Source of the DNA: Minisyncoccota bacterium
GTDB taxonomy: Bacteria; Patescibacteriota; Minisyncoccia; Phycocordibacterales; DSPV01
DNA length: 64,000 bases
Assembly: GCA_041662545.1 (NCBI GenBank)
Contig: JBAZSH010000002.1
Location: 2,239-66,238 of the forward strand
Direction of reading: 5' to 3'
The notes under the pieces were generated by a model. That model searched no databases. It was not told where the DNA came from and saw only the letters and a list, made by a program, of their open reading frames with translations. Each line of letters opens with the position of its first letter. Position 1 is the stretch's first letter. Below, in pieces: positions 14,985-23,537 of the stretch. A program made the translations under genes and the position numbers.

Positions 14985-17405
14985 ATGGACAAAAATAAAG
15001 CAAACATAATTTGGTTTAAGGATTTGGGAATTGAGGATGTGCCGATTGTCGGCGGTAAGAACGCGGCATTGGGTGAAATGTTTGCTAACCTAACCCAGCT
15101 CGGTATTAATGTGCCGAATGGTTTTGCCATCACCGCCCAGGCCTATAACAACTTTTTGGACAAAGCCGGCATTCGGGTGGGTATGGAAAAAATTCTAAAA
15201 GATTTAGACACTGGTAATATGCGAGCGTTACAGAAAGCCGGCAAGCAAACCCGTAAATTAATTTTGAAAAGTAATTTGCCGAAAGAATTGGAATATGAAA
15301 TTGCCGCCGCCTATAAAGAATTAGGCAAGCAATTTGGTACCGAAGAGCCGGATGTGGCCGTGCGTTCGTCGGCAACAGCAGAGGATTTACCCGACGCTAG
15401 TTTTGCTGGTCAGCAAGAAACTTATTTGAATATCGTTGGTGTTAAAGATTTGCTTTACGCTGTTAAAGAATGTATCGCTTCGCTTTTTACCGATCGGGCA
15501 ATTTCTTACAGAAAAGACAAGGGATTTTCTAGTACGGGAGTGGCGCTGTCGGTGGGTGTGCAAAAAATGGCGCGCGCCGACAAAGGCATTTCAGGTGTGG
15601 CTTTTTCTATTGATACCGAAACCGGTTTTGATAAGGTGGTGGTTATTGATGCTTCCTACGGTTTGGGTGAAATGATTGTTCAAGGCAAGGTAACGCCGGA
15701 CGAATTTGTAGTTTTTAAGCCGACATTGGCTGAAGGCAAACGCGCCATCATTGCCCGCGACATTGGAGTGAAAGATGTGAAAATGATTTATGGTCGTAGG
15801 GGGACTGAAATTGTAAAAACTTCACCGGCCGAGCAGGCGGTATTGTGTTTAACTGATGATGAGATTTTGAAATTGGCTGATTGGGTCGTAAAAATTGAAA
15901 AATATTTTTCCGATAAAAAAGGCCATTATCAGCCGATGGACACCGAATGGGCGAAAGATGGTGTTTCGGGAGAATTATTTATTGTCCAAGCTCGGCCGGA
16001 AACGGTTCAGGCGATGCGTGATAAAACTCTTTACATTGAGTATCGTTTGAAAGAAAAGGGGAAAGTTTTGACGACCGGCACAGCAGTGGGCGCAAAAATT
16101 TCCACCGGGAAAGTGCGAGTGATCCGCGATGCGAAAAATATCGGTCGGTTTCAAAAAGGTGAAGTTTTGGTAACGGAAATTACTGATCCTGATTGGGAAC
16201 CGATTATGAAAATTGCCAGCGCTATTGTCACTGACAAAGGTGGTCGCACCAGCCACGCGGCCATTGTTTCGCGCGAGTTGGGCATCACTTGTATTGTTGG
16301 CGCTGTTAATGCCACTAAAGTTTTGCGTGATGGTATGGAAGTAACAGTAGATTCGTCGGGTCCAGTTGGTTCTGTTTATGAAGGTAATTTACCGTTTGAA
16401 AAAATTGAGCATCGCTTAGATAAAATTCCCGAGACCAAGACCAAAATTATGGTCAATATCGGTTCTCCCGATGAGGCCTTTGAAAAATGGCAATTGCCGG
16501 TGAAAGGTGTTGGTTTGGGGCGATTGGAATTTATCATTACCGAGCATATTAAAATTCACCCTAACGCTCTGATTGATTATGAAAAATTGAAAGCCGATTC
16601 TGGTAATGCTGAAAAACAGAAAATCGTTCAGGAAATTGATAAGCTAACCGTTGGCTATACCAACAAGACCGATTTCTATGTTAGCGAATTGGCCGAGGGC
16701 GTGGCAAAAATCGCCGCTGCTTTTTACCCCCACGAAGTGATCATTCGTTTTTCTGATTTCAAAACAAATGAATACCGAACTTTGGTTGGTGGCGCGCTTT
16801 ACGAGCCGGTTGAAGAAAATCCAATGATCGGTTGGCGTGGCGCTTCAAGATACTATGATCTTAAGTTTAAAGAAGCGTTCGGCTTGGAATGCCGGGCCTT
16901 AAAAAAAGTGCGTGAGGAAATCGGTTTGAAGAATGTTTCTACCCTAATTCCATTTTGTCGGACGCCGGAAGAAGGCAAACAGGTTTTGGAAGCGATGAAA
17001 ATTAATGGTTTGGAACGCGGCCAAAATGATCTCAAGGTTTACATTATGTGCGAGATTCCTTCCAACATTCTTTTGGCGGACGAGTTTTTGGAAATTTGTG
17101 ATGGTATGTCTATTGGCTCAAATGATTTGACCCAACTAACACTTGGTTTGGATCGGGACTCGGGTATTGTTGCCAAGATTGCCAATGAAAGAAATCCGGC
17201 GGTGAAAAAACTTATTGCCGAGATTATTAAAAAGTGTAAAGAAAAAAATAAATACATCGGTATTTGCGGCCAAGCGCCTTCCGATTTTCCTGATTATGCT
17301 GAGTTTTTGGTGGAGCAGGGAATTGAGAGTATCTCCTTAAATCCCGATACCATTATCAAAACTTTGGAATTAGTGGCGGAGAAAGAAAAACAACTTGGCA
17401 AGTAG
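14985..17405 (+). CDS. ppsA: Phosphoenolpyruvate synthase
   Basis: VGGKNA, VAVRSSATAEDLPDASFAGQQET, GGRTSHAAIVSRE, EENPMIGWRGASRY, SIGSNDLTQ. Confidence 0.96.
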   Translation: MDKNKANIIWFKDLGIEDVPIVGGKNAALGEMFANLTQLGINVPNGFAITAQAYNNFLDKAGIRVGMEKILKDLDTGNMRALQKAGKQTRKLILKSNLPKELEYEIAAAYKELGKQFGTEEPDVAVRSSATAEDLPDASFAGQQETYLNIVGVKDLLYAVKECIASLFTDRAISYRKDKGFSSTGVALSVGVQKMARADKGISGVAFSIDTETGFDKVVVIDASYGLGEMIVQGKVTPDEFVVFKPTLAEGKRAIIARDIGVKDVKMIYGRRGTEIVKTSPAEQAVLCLTDDEILKLADWVVKIEKYFSDKKGHYQPMDTEWAKDGVSGELFIVQARPETVQAMRDKTLYIEYRLKEKGKVLTTGTAVGAKISTGKVRVIRDAKNIGRFQKGEVLVTEITDPDWEPIMKIASAIVTDKGGRTSHAAIVSRELGITCIVGAVNATKVLRDGMEVTVDSSGPVGSVYEGNLPFEKIEHRLDKIPETKTKIMVNIGSPDEAFEKWQLPVKGVGLGRLEFIITEHIKIHPNALIDYEKLKADSGNAEKQKIVQEIDKLTVGYTNKTDFYVSELAEGVAKIAAAFYPHEVIIRFSDFKTNEYRTLVGGALYEPVEENPMIGWRGASRYYDLKFKEAFGLECRALKKVREEIGLKNVSTLIPFCRTPEEGKQVLEAMKINGLERGQNDLKVYIMCEIPSNILLADEFLEICDGMSIGSNDLTQLTLGLDRDSGIVAKIANERNPAVKKLIAEIIKKCKEKNKYIGICGQAPSDFPDYAEFLVEQGIESISLNPDTIIKTLELVAEKEKQLGK

Positions 17406-17433
17406 CCATTATTCTTGTAGTTTAATTGTTGTT

Positions 17434-17517
17434 GCCGTGGTGGCGGAATTGGTATACGCGCTGCGTTCAGGACGCAGTTCCAGCAATGGATTGAGAGTTC
17501 AAATCTCTCCCACGGCA
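17434..17517 (+). tRNA. tRNA-Leu(CAG), CCA not encoded
   Basis: Acceptor GCCGTGG/CCACGGC, anticodon arm CTGCG-TTCAGGA-CGCAG, long variable arm, GTTCAAATC. Confidence 0.95.
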
Positions 17518-17671
17518 TTGGTTTGACCAGTGATTATAGGGTTGACAGATTTTGTGGGGTGTGCTAGGCTATTGGCAGTTAATTAAAACAGGGTGTTCTA
17601 GTCACTCTGTTTTCGTTCCAAAAAAACAAACGCGATTTACTAGGAATCGCAAAATTCCTGAAAGGATCAAA

Positions 17672-17965
17672 ATGAAAAAGTTTCTGAACTTCCTGAAGTC
17701 CCTTCTTGGTCTCGGTCGCCGGACTGAAATGCCTCAATTGGTGTCGGTGGAAACATTCTTGGTGCCGGAGAGACAGGTGCCGGTGCGGGTCCGTCCGTTG
17801 ACCTGTGCTCCAATTAAACCAGAAGGAAAAAAGGTTCGATTCGTCACTCGTCGTGGCCACCAAATGGTGGCGGAAATTGTTGACCGAAATGGCGGTGGGG
17901 AAGTTTTTCTCCGCCGACCACACCACCGTTTTGGCCCGACCTTTCGCCGGGTTTTGGTTGAATAG
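17672..17965 (+). CDS. Orphan basic hypothetical protein
   Basis: Own TTGACA-17-TAGGCT promoter, AAAGGA SD before ATG 17672, downstream terminator. Confidence 0.65.
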   Translation: MKKFLNFLKSLLGLGRRTEMPQLVSVETFLVPERQVPVRVRPLTCAPIKPEGKKVRFVTRRGHQMVAEIVDRNGGGEVFLRRPHHRFGPTFRRVLVE

Positions 17966-17982
17966 GGGATTCAGTTTGGTAA

Positions 17983-18018
17983 GGCCCTGCTTCGTTGCGA
18001 AGCAGGGCCGTTCTTTTT
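17983..18018 (+). terminator. Intrinsic terminator
   Basis: GGCCCTGCTTCG-TTG-CGAAGCAGGGCC then GTTCTTTTT. Confidence 0.8.
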
Positions 18019-18032
18019 ATATACCCGATGGA

Positions 18033-18062
18033 CTTGACAAATTGTCAAGGATTTGCTAAGAT
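18033..18062 (+). promoter_or_regulatory. Promoter with palindrome over -35
   Basis: TTGACA-17-TAAGAT with TG extension; CTTGACAA-A-TTGTCAAG palindrome at 18033-18049. Confidence 0.65.
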
Positions 18063-18180
18063 ATTAACAGATTGAACATCGGAAATTCTGGCAAGTTTTC
18101 AGCGCGGTTGCGTTGAAAATGCTAAACAGCAAGTCGGGATTTTATCCGATGTTCGCAGTAAATTGAAAGGTTAAATAAAA

Positions 18181-18927
18181 GTGAAAACTTACACATTCGC
18201 GAGTGGATCGGTTAGTCGGGGTTTTGTCCTGACTGAAGACGAGAAACGCGGGCCGACACTGACCTTGGGCGAATACGGTCCAGGATCGTGGGCGGTCTGG
18301 ATTCCTTTGAACAGGATTCCGGAAAACGCGCCGGTAATCAATGGCAATGTCGTGCAGGATGCTTTCCTGCTGAATGCCAGCCAGAATGATCAACCATTCT
18401 TTGTCTTGTCGAAAGATAAGAGCCAAAGTAACGGTTGTTGCCTAATCCGTTTCCTCACCATTGGCGAGGGCGGTAAGGGTAACGGTTATGTTGACCGGAT
18501 CACAGGTTTCCGGTCCAAGAGATTGGCAGGGGGCCACGGTCGAAACAGTGGCATCACTCCCACCAATGGCACATGGAGCGACGAGATCTGGGTCGTCCAC
18601 GAGCGGGAGCTCGTGCGAGTCCAGCTCGCCGGATGCGAAACGGCTTTCGCCGTTCGCGTCTGCAATGGTGAACCCACGGTGGAACCGTGGGTTGAGCGCG
18701 AACCCCGCCAGAAACCGCAGTCGTCCGACAATGGTGGTGGCAAGCACCAGTGGCGGACCCTCAAGGGTTCGCACGTGGCTCCTGAGCCAGCTTGGTCGCC
18801 GGGCATCGATGCGATCGAGCCGGAACAAACTGAGTTCGACGCCGAACTCGAGGAAATGGCGCGAGCCACTAGTGGTCGGCGGGCAGGAACAAAAACTTGT
18901 CGCCCCGACCAGTTGGTCATGGCCTAA
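18181..18927 (+). CDS. Orphan hypothetical protein (GC-richer than neighbours)
   Basis: 248-aa ORF between promoter, GAAAGG SD and terminator. Confidence 0.65.
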   Translation: MKTYTFASGSVSRGFVLTEDEKRGPTLTLGEYGPGSWAVWIPLNRIPENAPVINGNVVQDAFLLNASQNDQPFFVLSKDKSQSNGCCLIRFLTIGEGGKGNGYVDRITGFRSKRLAGGHGRNSGITPTNGTWSDEIWVVHERELVRVQLAGCETAFAVRVCNGEPTVEPWVEREPRQKPQSSDNGGGKHQWRTLKGSHVAPEPAWSPGIDAIEPEQTEFDAELEEMARATSGRRAGTKTCRPDQLVMA

Positions 18928-18946
18928 GCCAGACCGCGATATCACG

Positions 18947-18980
18947 CCCCTCCGATGAACATCGGAGGGGTTTTTGTTTT
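18947..18980 (+). terminator. Intrinsic terminator
   Basis: CCCCTCCGATG-AA-CATCGGAGGGG then TTTTTGTTTT. Confidence 0.8.
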
Positions 18981-18991
18981 TAGATTTAATT

Positions 18992-19076
18992 CCTCCTTTG
19001 TAAAAGGAGGTGCCCGAAGGGCGGAGGATTTTAAAATCCCCCCGGCTTTCAGCCACCCCCTTTTTCAAAGGGGGAT
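18992..19076. repeat. Cluster of REP-like palindromes
   Basis: CCTCCTTT..AAAGGAGG, GCCC-GAA-GGGC, GGATTTTAAAATCC, CCCCCTTT..AAAGGGGG in an inverted two-unit arrangement. Confidence 0.65.
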
Positions 19077-19134
19077 TCCAGAGAAAGGGATTTAAATTCC
19101 AAAGGGAGATTTTTTATGCTACCATAACCACATT

Positions 19135-21609
19135 ATGGGAGTTTTTTCCAAGATTTTTGGCGATGAAAATGAAAAAGCGGTAAAAGTGATTCAGCCCTTG
19201 GTGGCGAAAATCAACGCTTTGGAGCCGGAGTTTGAAAAACTTTCGGCGGAGGATTTGCGCGCCAAAACCGATGAATTTAAAAAACGCCTGGCGGCTGGAG
19301 AAACTTTAGATGACATTTTACCGGAAGCTTTTGCCGTTGTCCGTGAATCAGCAAAGCGAACGCTTGGCCAAAGACATTTTGATGTGCAATTAATTGGTGG
19401 CGTGATTTTACATCGCGGCGGTATTGCCGAAATGAAAACTGGTGAAGGTAAAACTTTGGTCGCTACTCTGCCGGTTTATTTAAATGCTCTGGAGGGTAAA
19501 GGTGTTCATATTGTTACCGTCAACGATTATCTTTCTCGCCGCGATGCTGTTTGGATGGGGCAGATTTACAATTATCTTGGACTTTCGGTTGGAGTGATAA
19601 ATCATGAATCTAGTTTTCTCTATGATCCAACTCACACCGAAGCGGACCAAACTCGCGACGAGCTCGGCTCTTTTAAAGTGGTCCATGAATTTTTGCGGCC
19701 GGTGACTAGACGAGAGGCCTATCAAGCCGATATTACTTATGGGACAAATAATGAATTTGGTTTTGATTATTTGCGCGACAATTTGGAATATGAAGAAACG
19801 GTTTTGCGTCAGCGCGATTACCACTTTGCCATCGTTGACGAAATTGATTCCATTTTAATTGACGAGGCGCGGACGCCTTTAATTATTTCCGCGCCTACTA
19901 GCGAATCGGAAGATTTGTATCGCAAATTTGCCGGCATTGCTCGAACATTGGTAAAAGAGAAAGATTTTACCGTTGACGAAAAATTTCGCTCCATTGCTAT
20001 GACTCAAGAAGGCATTGACCAAGTAGAGAAATCTTTGGGCGTGGGCAATATTTACACCGAAGGTGGAATGAAATTTGTTCATCATTTGGAAACGGCGGTG
20101 CGAGCGGAGGCGCTTTTTCGCAATGATAAAGAGTATGTCGTTAAAAACGGTGAAATTGTAATCGTGGATGAATTTACCGGTCGGCTTCAGCCGGGTCGGC
20201 GTTGGAGCGAGGGCTTACACCAAGCCATTGAAGCCAAAGAAGGAGTTCAAGTGCAAAAAGAGTCGCGGACTTTTGCTAGCATTACTTTCCAAAATTATTT
20301 TCGGCTCTATAAAAAGCTTTCCGGTATGACTGGCACGGCGGTAACTTCCAAAGAAGAATTTTTGAAAGTTTATGGTTTGAATGTTGTTTCAATCCCAACT
20401 AATCAACCATTGGTGCGTCATGATTTGAATGATGTAATTTTCAAAACCGAGCACGGCAAGTTTATCGCTCTGGCGCGACGAGTAAAAGAATTAAATAAAA
20501 AAGAACAGCCGGTTTTGATTGGCACAGTTTCCATTGAAAAAAATGAAGAGTTGTCGCAATACCTGCAAAGAGAAGGAATAAAGCATGAAATTTTGAATGC
20601 CAAAAATCACGAAAGAGAGGGTGAAATTATTGCCCAAGCTGGCCGGCGCGCCGCCGTGACCATTGCTACTAATATGGCTGGCCGAGGAGTGGACATTAAA
20701 TTAGGTGGTAATCCGACCTCGCCCGAAGAAATGAAAATGGTTCGAGATGTTGGCGGTTTGGTGGTATTGGGAACAGAACGGCACGAAGCTCGGCGTATTG
20801 ATAATCAGTTGCGTGGTCGTTCCGGCCGGCAAGGCGATCCGGGCGAAACGCAATTTTTCGTCTCTTTGGAAGATAATTTATTGCGAGTTTTTGCCGTGGA
20901 CACCATTAAAAAAGTGATGGGTTTTTTGAAGGTGGCCGAGGACGAACCGATTGCCAATAATATGATTAGCAAATCATTGGAAACCGCCCAAACGAAAATT
21001 GAAGGTTTTAATTTTGACGCTCGCAAACATATTTTGGAATACGATGATGTCTTGAATCATCAAAGAAAAACTATTTATGACCGACGAAGAAAAATTTTGA
21101 CTGGCGGTGGGGAAGCGGTAGATGAATATTTGGAAAATCTGGCGAGTGGCTTGCCGGTGGAAGAGGCGGAAAAATTGGAGAAATTGATTGCGGAAAAAAG
21201 AACTGCCTTGGGCAATGATTTTTATTTGGCGCTTAAACGGATGATTTTACAGACCATTGATATGTTTTGGGTGGAGCATTTAGAATTAATGGATTACACC
21301 CGTTCATCAGTTAATTTGCGGGCTTATGGTCAGCGCGATCCATTGGTGGAATACAAGCGTGAGGGTTTACGATTGTTTAAAGAAATGGAAGAAGCGGCGC
21401 GGGCGCAAGTAATTCGATTAATCCCCAATCTCGCTGCCGGTATGGGCGCGGTTTCGGTGGAGCAGAAAAACTTGCGGGAGGTGGAACGCCAAGCTCAAGA
21501 AATAGGAAATGTTACAAAATCATCCACTGGTGACAAAAAAACCGTTGGCCGAAATGACCCCTGTCCTTGTGGTTCGGGAAAGAAATTTAAGAAGTGTCAT
21601 GGGAAGTAG
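19135..21609 (+). CDS. secA: Preprotein translocase ATPase SecA
   Basis: MKTGEGKT, VDEIDSILIDEARTPL, ATNMAGRG, QLRGRSGRQGDPG, GRNDPCPCGSGKKFKKCHG. Confidence 0.98.
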   Translation: MGVFSKIFGDENEKAVKVIQPLVAKINALEPEFEKLSAEDLRAKTDEFKKRLAAGETLDDILPEAFAVVRESAKRTLGQRHFDVQLIGGVILHRGGIAEMKTGEGKTLVATLPVYLNALEGKGVHIVTVNDYLSRRDAVWMGQIYNYLGLSVGVINHESSFLYDPTHTEADQTRDELGSFKVVHEFLRPVTRREAYQADITYGTNNEFGFDYLRDNLEYEETVLRQRDYHFAIVDEIDSILIDEARTPLIISAPTSESEDLYRKFAGIARTLVKEKDFTVDEKFRSIAMTQEGIDQVEKSLGVGNIYTEGGMKFVHHLETAVRAEALFRNDKEYVVKNGEIVIVDEFTGRLQPGRRWSEGLHQAIEAKEGVQVQKESRTFASITFQNYFRLYKKLSGMTGTAVTSKEEFLKVYGLNVVSIPTNQPLVRHDLNDVIFKTEHGKFIALARRVKELNKKEQPVLIGTVSIEKNEELSQYLQREGIKHEILNAKNHEREGEIIAQAGRRAAVTIATNMAGRGVDIKLGGNPTSPEEMKMVRDVGGLVVLGTERHEARRIDNQLRGRSGRQGDPGETQFFVSLEDNLLRVFAVDTIKKVMGFLKVAEDEPIANNMISKSLETAQTKIEGFNFDARKHILEYDDVLNHQRKTIYDRRRKILTGGGEAVDEYLENLASGLPVEEAEKLEKLIAEKRTALGNDFYLALKRMILQTIDMFWVEHLELMDYTRSSVNLRAYGQRDPLVEYKREGLRLFKEMEEAARAQVIRLIPNLAAGMGAVSVEQKNLREVERQAQEIGNVTKSSTGDKKTVGRNDPCPCGSGKKFKKCHGK

Positions 21610-21612
21610 AAA

Positions 21613-21727
21613 GAAAAAAGCCAGTGTCACATTGACAACTGGCTGGGGGCGTCAGCCTCCGAGATTTTGTCTCTTGTAGGCGTCCCACAAACGCCTCGTT
21701 CTTCGGCCAAAGGCCTACACTGACGTT
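21613..21727 (-). ncRNA. Candidate small structured RNA, family unknown
   Basis: Minus-strand TTGACA-17-TACCAT promoter (21762-21734), multi-stem fold closed by CGTCAG/CTGACG, then hairpin plus T run; no credible ORF. Confidence 0.5.
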
Positions 21728-21790
21728 AAATGTATGGTATTCTTATCTCAAAAGATTGTCAATATTTTTGTAGTCAAAGAAAGATAAAAA

Positions 21791-21955
21791 ATGCTACGAT
21801 CAGTGAAAAAATTCAGAAGTGTTGAGAAATTACACCATTTTGTTTGCCGAAAATGTAAAAAGTGGTGGACGGTTGGCGATGCGCCAGTCGCTAAAAAAAT
21901 CTGGTTTTGCCCGTGGTGTGGTAAGAAAAATAACTATAGAATTATGAAATCCTAG
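21791..21955 (+). CDS. Small zinc-ribbon protein (start may be GTG 21803)
   Basis: HFVCRKCKKWW...WFCPWCG; below the ORF-track length cutoff. Confidence 0.7.
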   Translation: MLRSVKKFRSVEKLHHFVCRKCKKWWTVGDAPVAKKIWFCPWCGKKNNYRIMKS

Positions 21956-21977
21956 ATCTGATTTAGTACAATATCAA

Positions 21978-22238
21978 ATGAAAATCAAAAAGAAAATTTG
22001 GCCGGAGTATTTTGAGGCGGTGGCGAGTGGCAAGAAAAAATTTGAGTTGCGCCTCAATGATTTTGAAATTAAAGAAGGCGATATTTTGGTTTTGGAAGAA
22101 TGGAATCCGAAAACCAAAAAATACACCGGCCGGAAAATGAAAAAGAAAGTTACTTATGTTTTGAAATTCAAACTGGATGATTTCGGCCAAAAAGAAGAGA
22201 TCGAGAAACTCGGTTTGCAAATCATTTCTTTGGAATAA
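21978..22238 (+). CDS. DUF3850/ASCH (PUA-like) domain protein
   Basis: KIWPEYFEAVASGKKKFELRLND...GDILVLEEW...YTGR. Confidence 0.85.
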   Translation: MKIKKKIWPEYFEAVASGKKKFELRLNDFEIKEGDILVLEEWNPKTKKYTGRKMKKKVTYVLKFKLDDFGQKEEIEKLGLQIISLE

Positions 22239-22270
22239 TATCGGGGGGGGGTAATATTTTAAATTTATCA

Positions 22271-22308
22271 ATACACTTATAATTTCCTATAGTGTATAAT
22301 AAGTGTAT
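22271..22308. repeat. 38-bp palindromic repeat, copy 1 (overlaps -10 and start of PaaX-like gene)
   Basis: TACACTTA-N20-TAAGTGTA; 31/38 identical to 22948-22985. Confidence 0.75.
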
Positions 22309-22885
22309 GGGAATTTTGGAAAAACAAGCCAAAAAAAGATTAAAGAGGGAAACCTTAAAGAAAATCGTCTTGGGAACAGTGGCTGCGGCTGGCGTTTTGA
22401 GTGTTACTTTAGTGGCACCGAACGCTTTACAGATTTTGAAAATGTTTGGAGTAATGCCGTACAAAAGGAGAAAGGAATTAATTAAAAGAGTGTATGACAA
22501 GTTGATAAATCAAGGCTATTTGGTTAGAAAAGATGGTTTTTTAGAAATAACCGAAAAAGGTAGCTTAACATTAGAATTATTAAGTGAGGGAAAAGCTAAA
22601 TTAAAGAAACCAAGAAAGTGGGACAAAAAGTGGCGCATTTTGATTTTTGATATTGATGAAAAAAGGCGACCCAAAAGAGATAAGCTGAGAAGATCGTTAA
22701 TCTCTGTTGGTTTCATGAGATTACAAGATAGCGTTTGGATATATCCTTATGATTGTGAAGATTTTGTCGCATTGCTGAAAAAAGATTTTAAGTTGGGAAA
22801 AGAACTGCTTTATTTGATAGTTGAAGAAATTGAGGGAGATTCTTTTTTGCGTCAGTGGTTTGGTTTACCCGAAAGAGAAAATTAA
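22307..22885 (+). CDS. PaaX-like protein (winged helix plus Cas2-like domain)
   Basis: ITEKG, WDKKWRILIFDIDEKRR..RDKLR..L...GF.RLQDSVW. Confidence 0.8.
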   Translation: MGILEKQAKKRLKRETLKKIVLGTVAAAGVLSVTLVAPNALQILKMFGVMPYKRRKELIKRVYDKLINQGYLVRKDGFLEITEKGSLTLELLSEGKAKLKKPRKWDKKWRILIFDIDEKRRPKRDKLRRSLISVGFMRLQDSVWIYPYDCEDFVALLKKDFKLGKELLYLIVEEIEGDSFLRQWFGLPEREN

Positions 22886-22947
22886 TTTAATTATCGATCG
22901 ATCTTGCTAATTTTGCTACGCAATTCACTTATAATACATTTTACCCC

Positions 22948-22985
22948 ATACACTTATAATATCCTATAGGAAAAATTAAGTGTAA
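22948..22985. repeat. 38-bp palindromic repeat, copy 2
   Basis: ATACACTTATAATATCCTATAG...TAAGTGTA; extra half-site CACTTATAAT at 22926. Confidence 0.75.
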
Positions 22986-23072
22986 GGCAAATAATTTCGT
23001 TAAAAATTTGTTATAAAAAATAAAAATAAAATAAAAAAGCCCCCGCGGTGAGGCGGGGGGTGTTTTGGGATA

Positions 23073-23444
23073 TTACAATTCTATCCCGTGTTTTTGAAGA
23101 AGTTGGTCAATTTTTCCAATGCCGGCAAAATCAAGTTTAGAGACAAAGTCATCCAATCCCAGTTGCACAGCTTTTTCGCGGGCATCAGTTGTACTCATAA
23201 GGATAACCTTTGCTTCCAGCAAAGCTTTCTTGAACTCGCCTGCGACATAGGCGCCTCTTTCCGTTGGTGCGTCAAGGGCGACAAACACCATTGCCACCTC
23301 GTTGATTGATGGGAGTTTTTCGAGCGCTTCGTTAAACGACAGAAAGTCCACGACTTTTGCCCGGTCTTTCAAGAAACGCGAGAGTATCACGACCATGAAT
23401 TCACAAACTTCTTTGTTTGGTTCAACAATAACAAATGTTTTCAT
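23073..23444 (-). CDS. Atypical single-domain response regulator receiver
   Basis: CheY-like pattern (VIVE..., VILMST, DDFVSK); phosphoacceptor Asp position appears to be Ala. Confidence 0.7.
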   Translation of the reverse strand: MKTFVIVEPNKEVCEFMVVILSRFLKDRAKVVDFLSFNEALEKLPSINEVAMVFVALDAPTERGAYVAGEFKKALLEAKVILMSTTDAREKAVQLGLDDFVSKLDFAGIGKIDQLLQKHGIEL

Positions 23445-23537
23445 ATTTCCTTTCGGTTTTTTTGGCTGATGACTGTTCTAGTATAAAAATTATACTTTTC
23501 CCTTGCGCTGTCAAGCAGTTAGGATAAAATATACGCA

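Noticed and set aside
18442-19068. Long overlapping ORFs of 208, 165 and 144 aa
   Set aside because: Explained by locally high GC; only 18181-18927 has promoter, SD and terminator
17434-19110. Prophage or integrative element at tRNA-Leu
   Set aside because: No integrase, phage genes or duplicated tRNA 3' end visible
22243-22251. G9 tract as phase-variation switch
   Set aside because: Intergenic and outside the predicted -35/-10 spacer; no evidence of effect
22307-22885. CRISPR-Cas locus from the Cas2-like domain
   Set aside because: No cas1 or effector genes and no repeat-spacer array anywhere in the window
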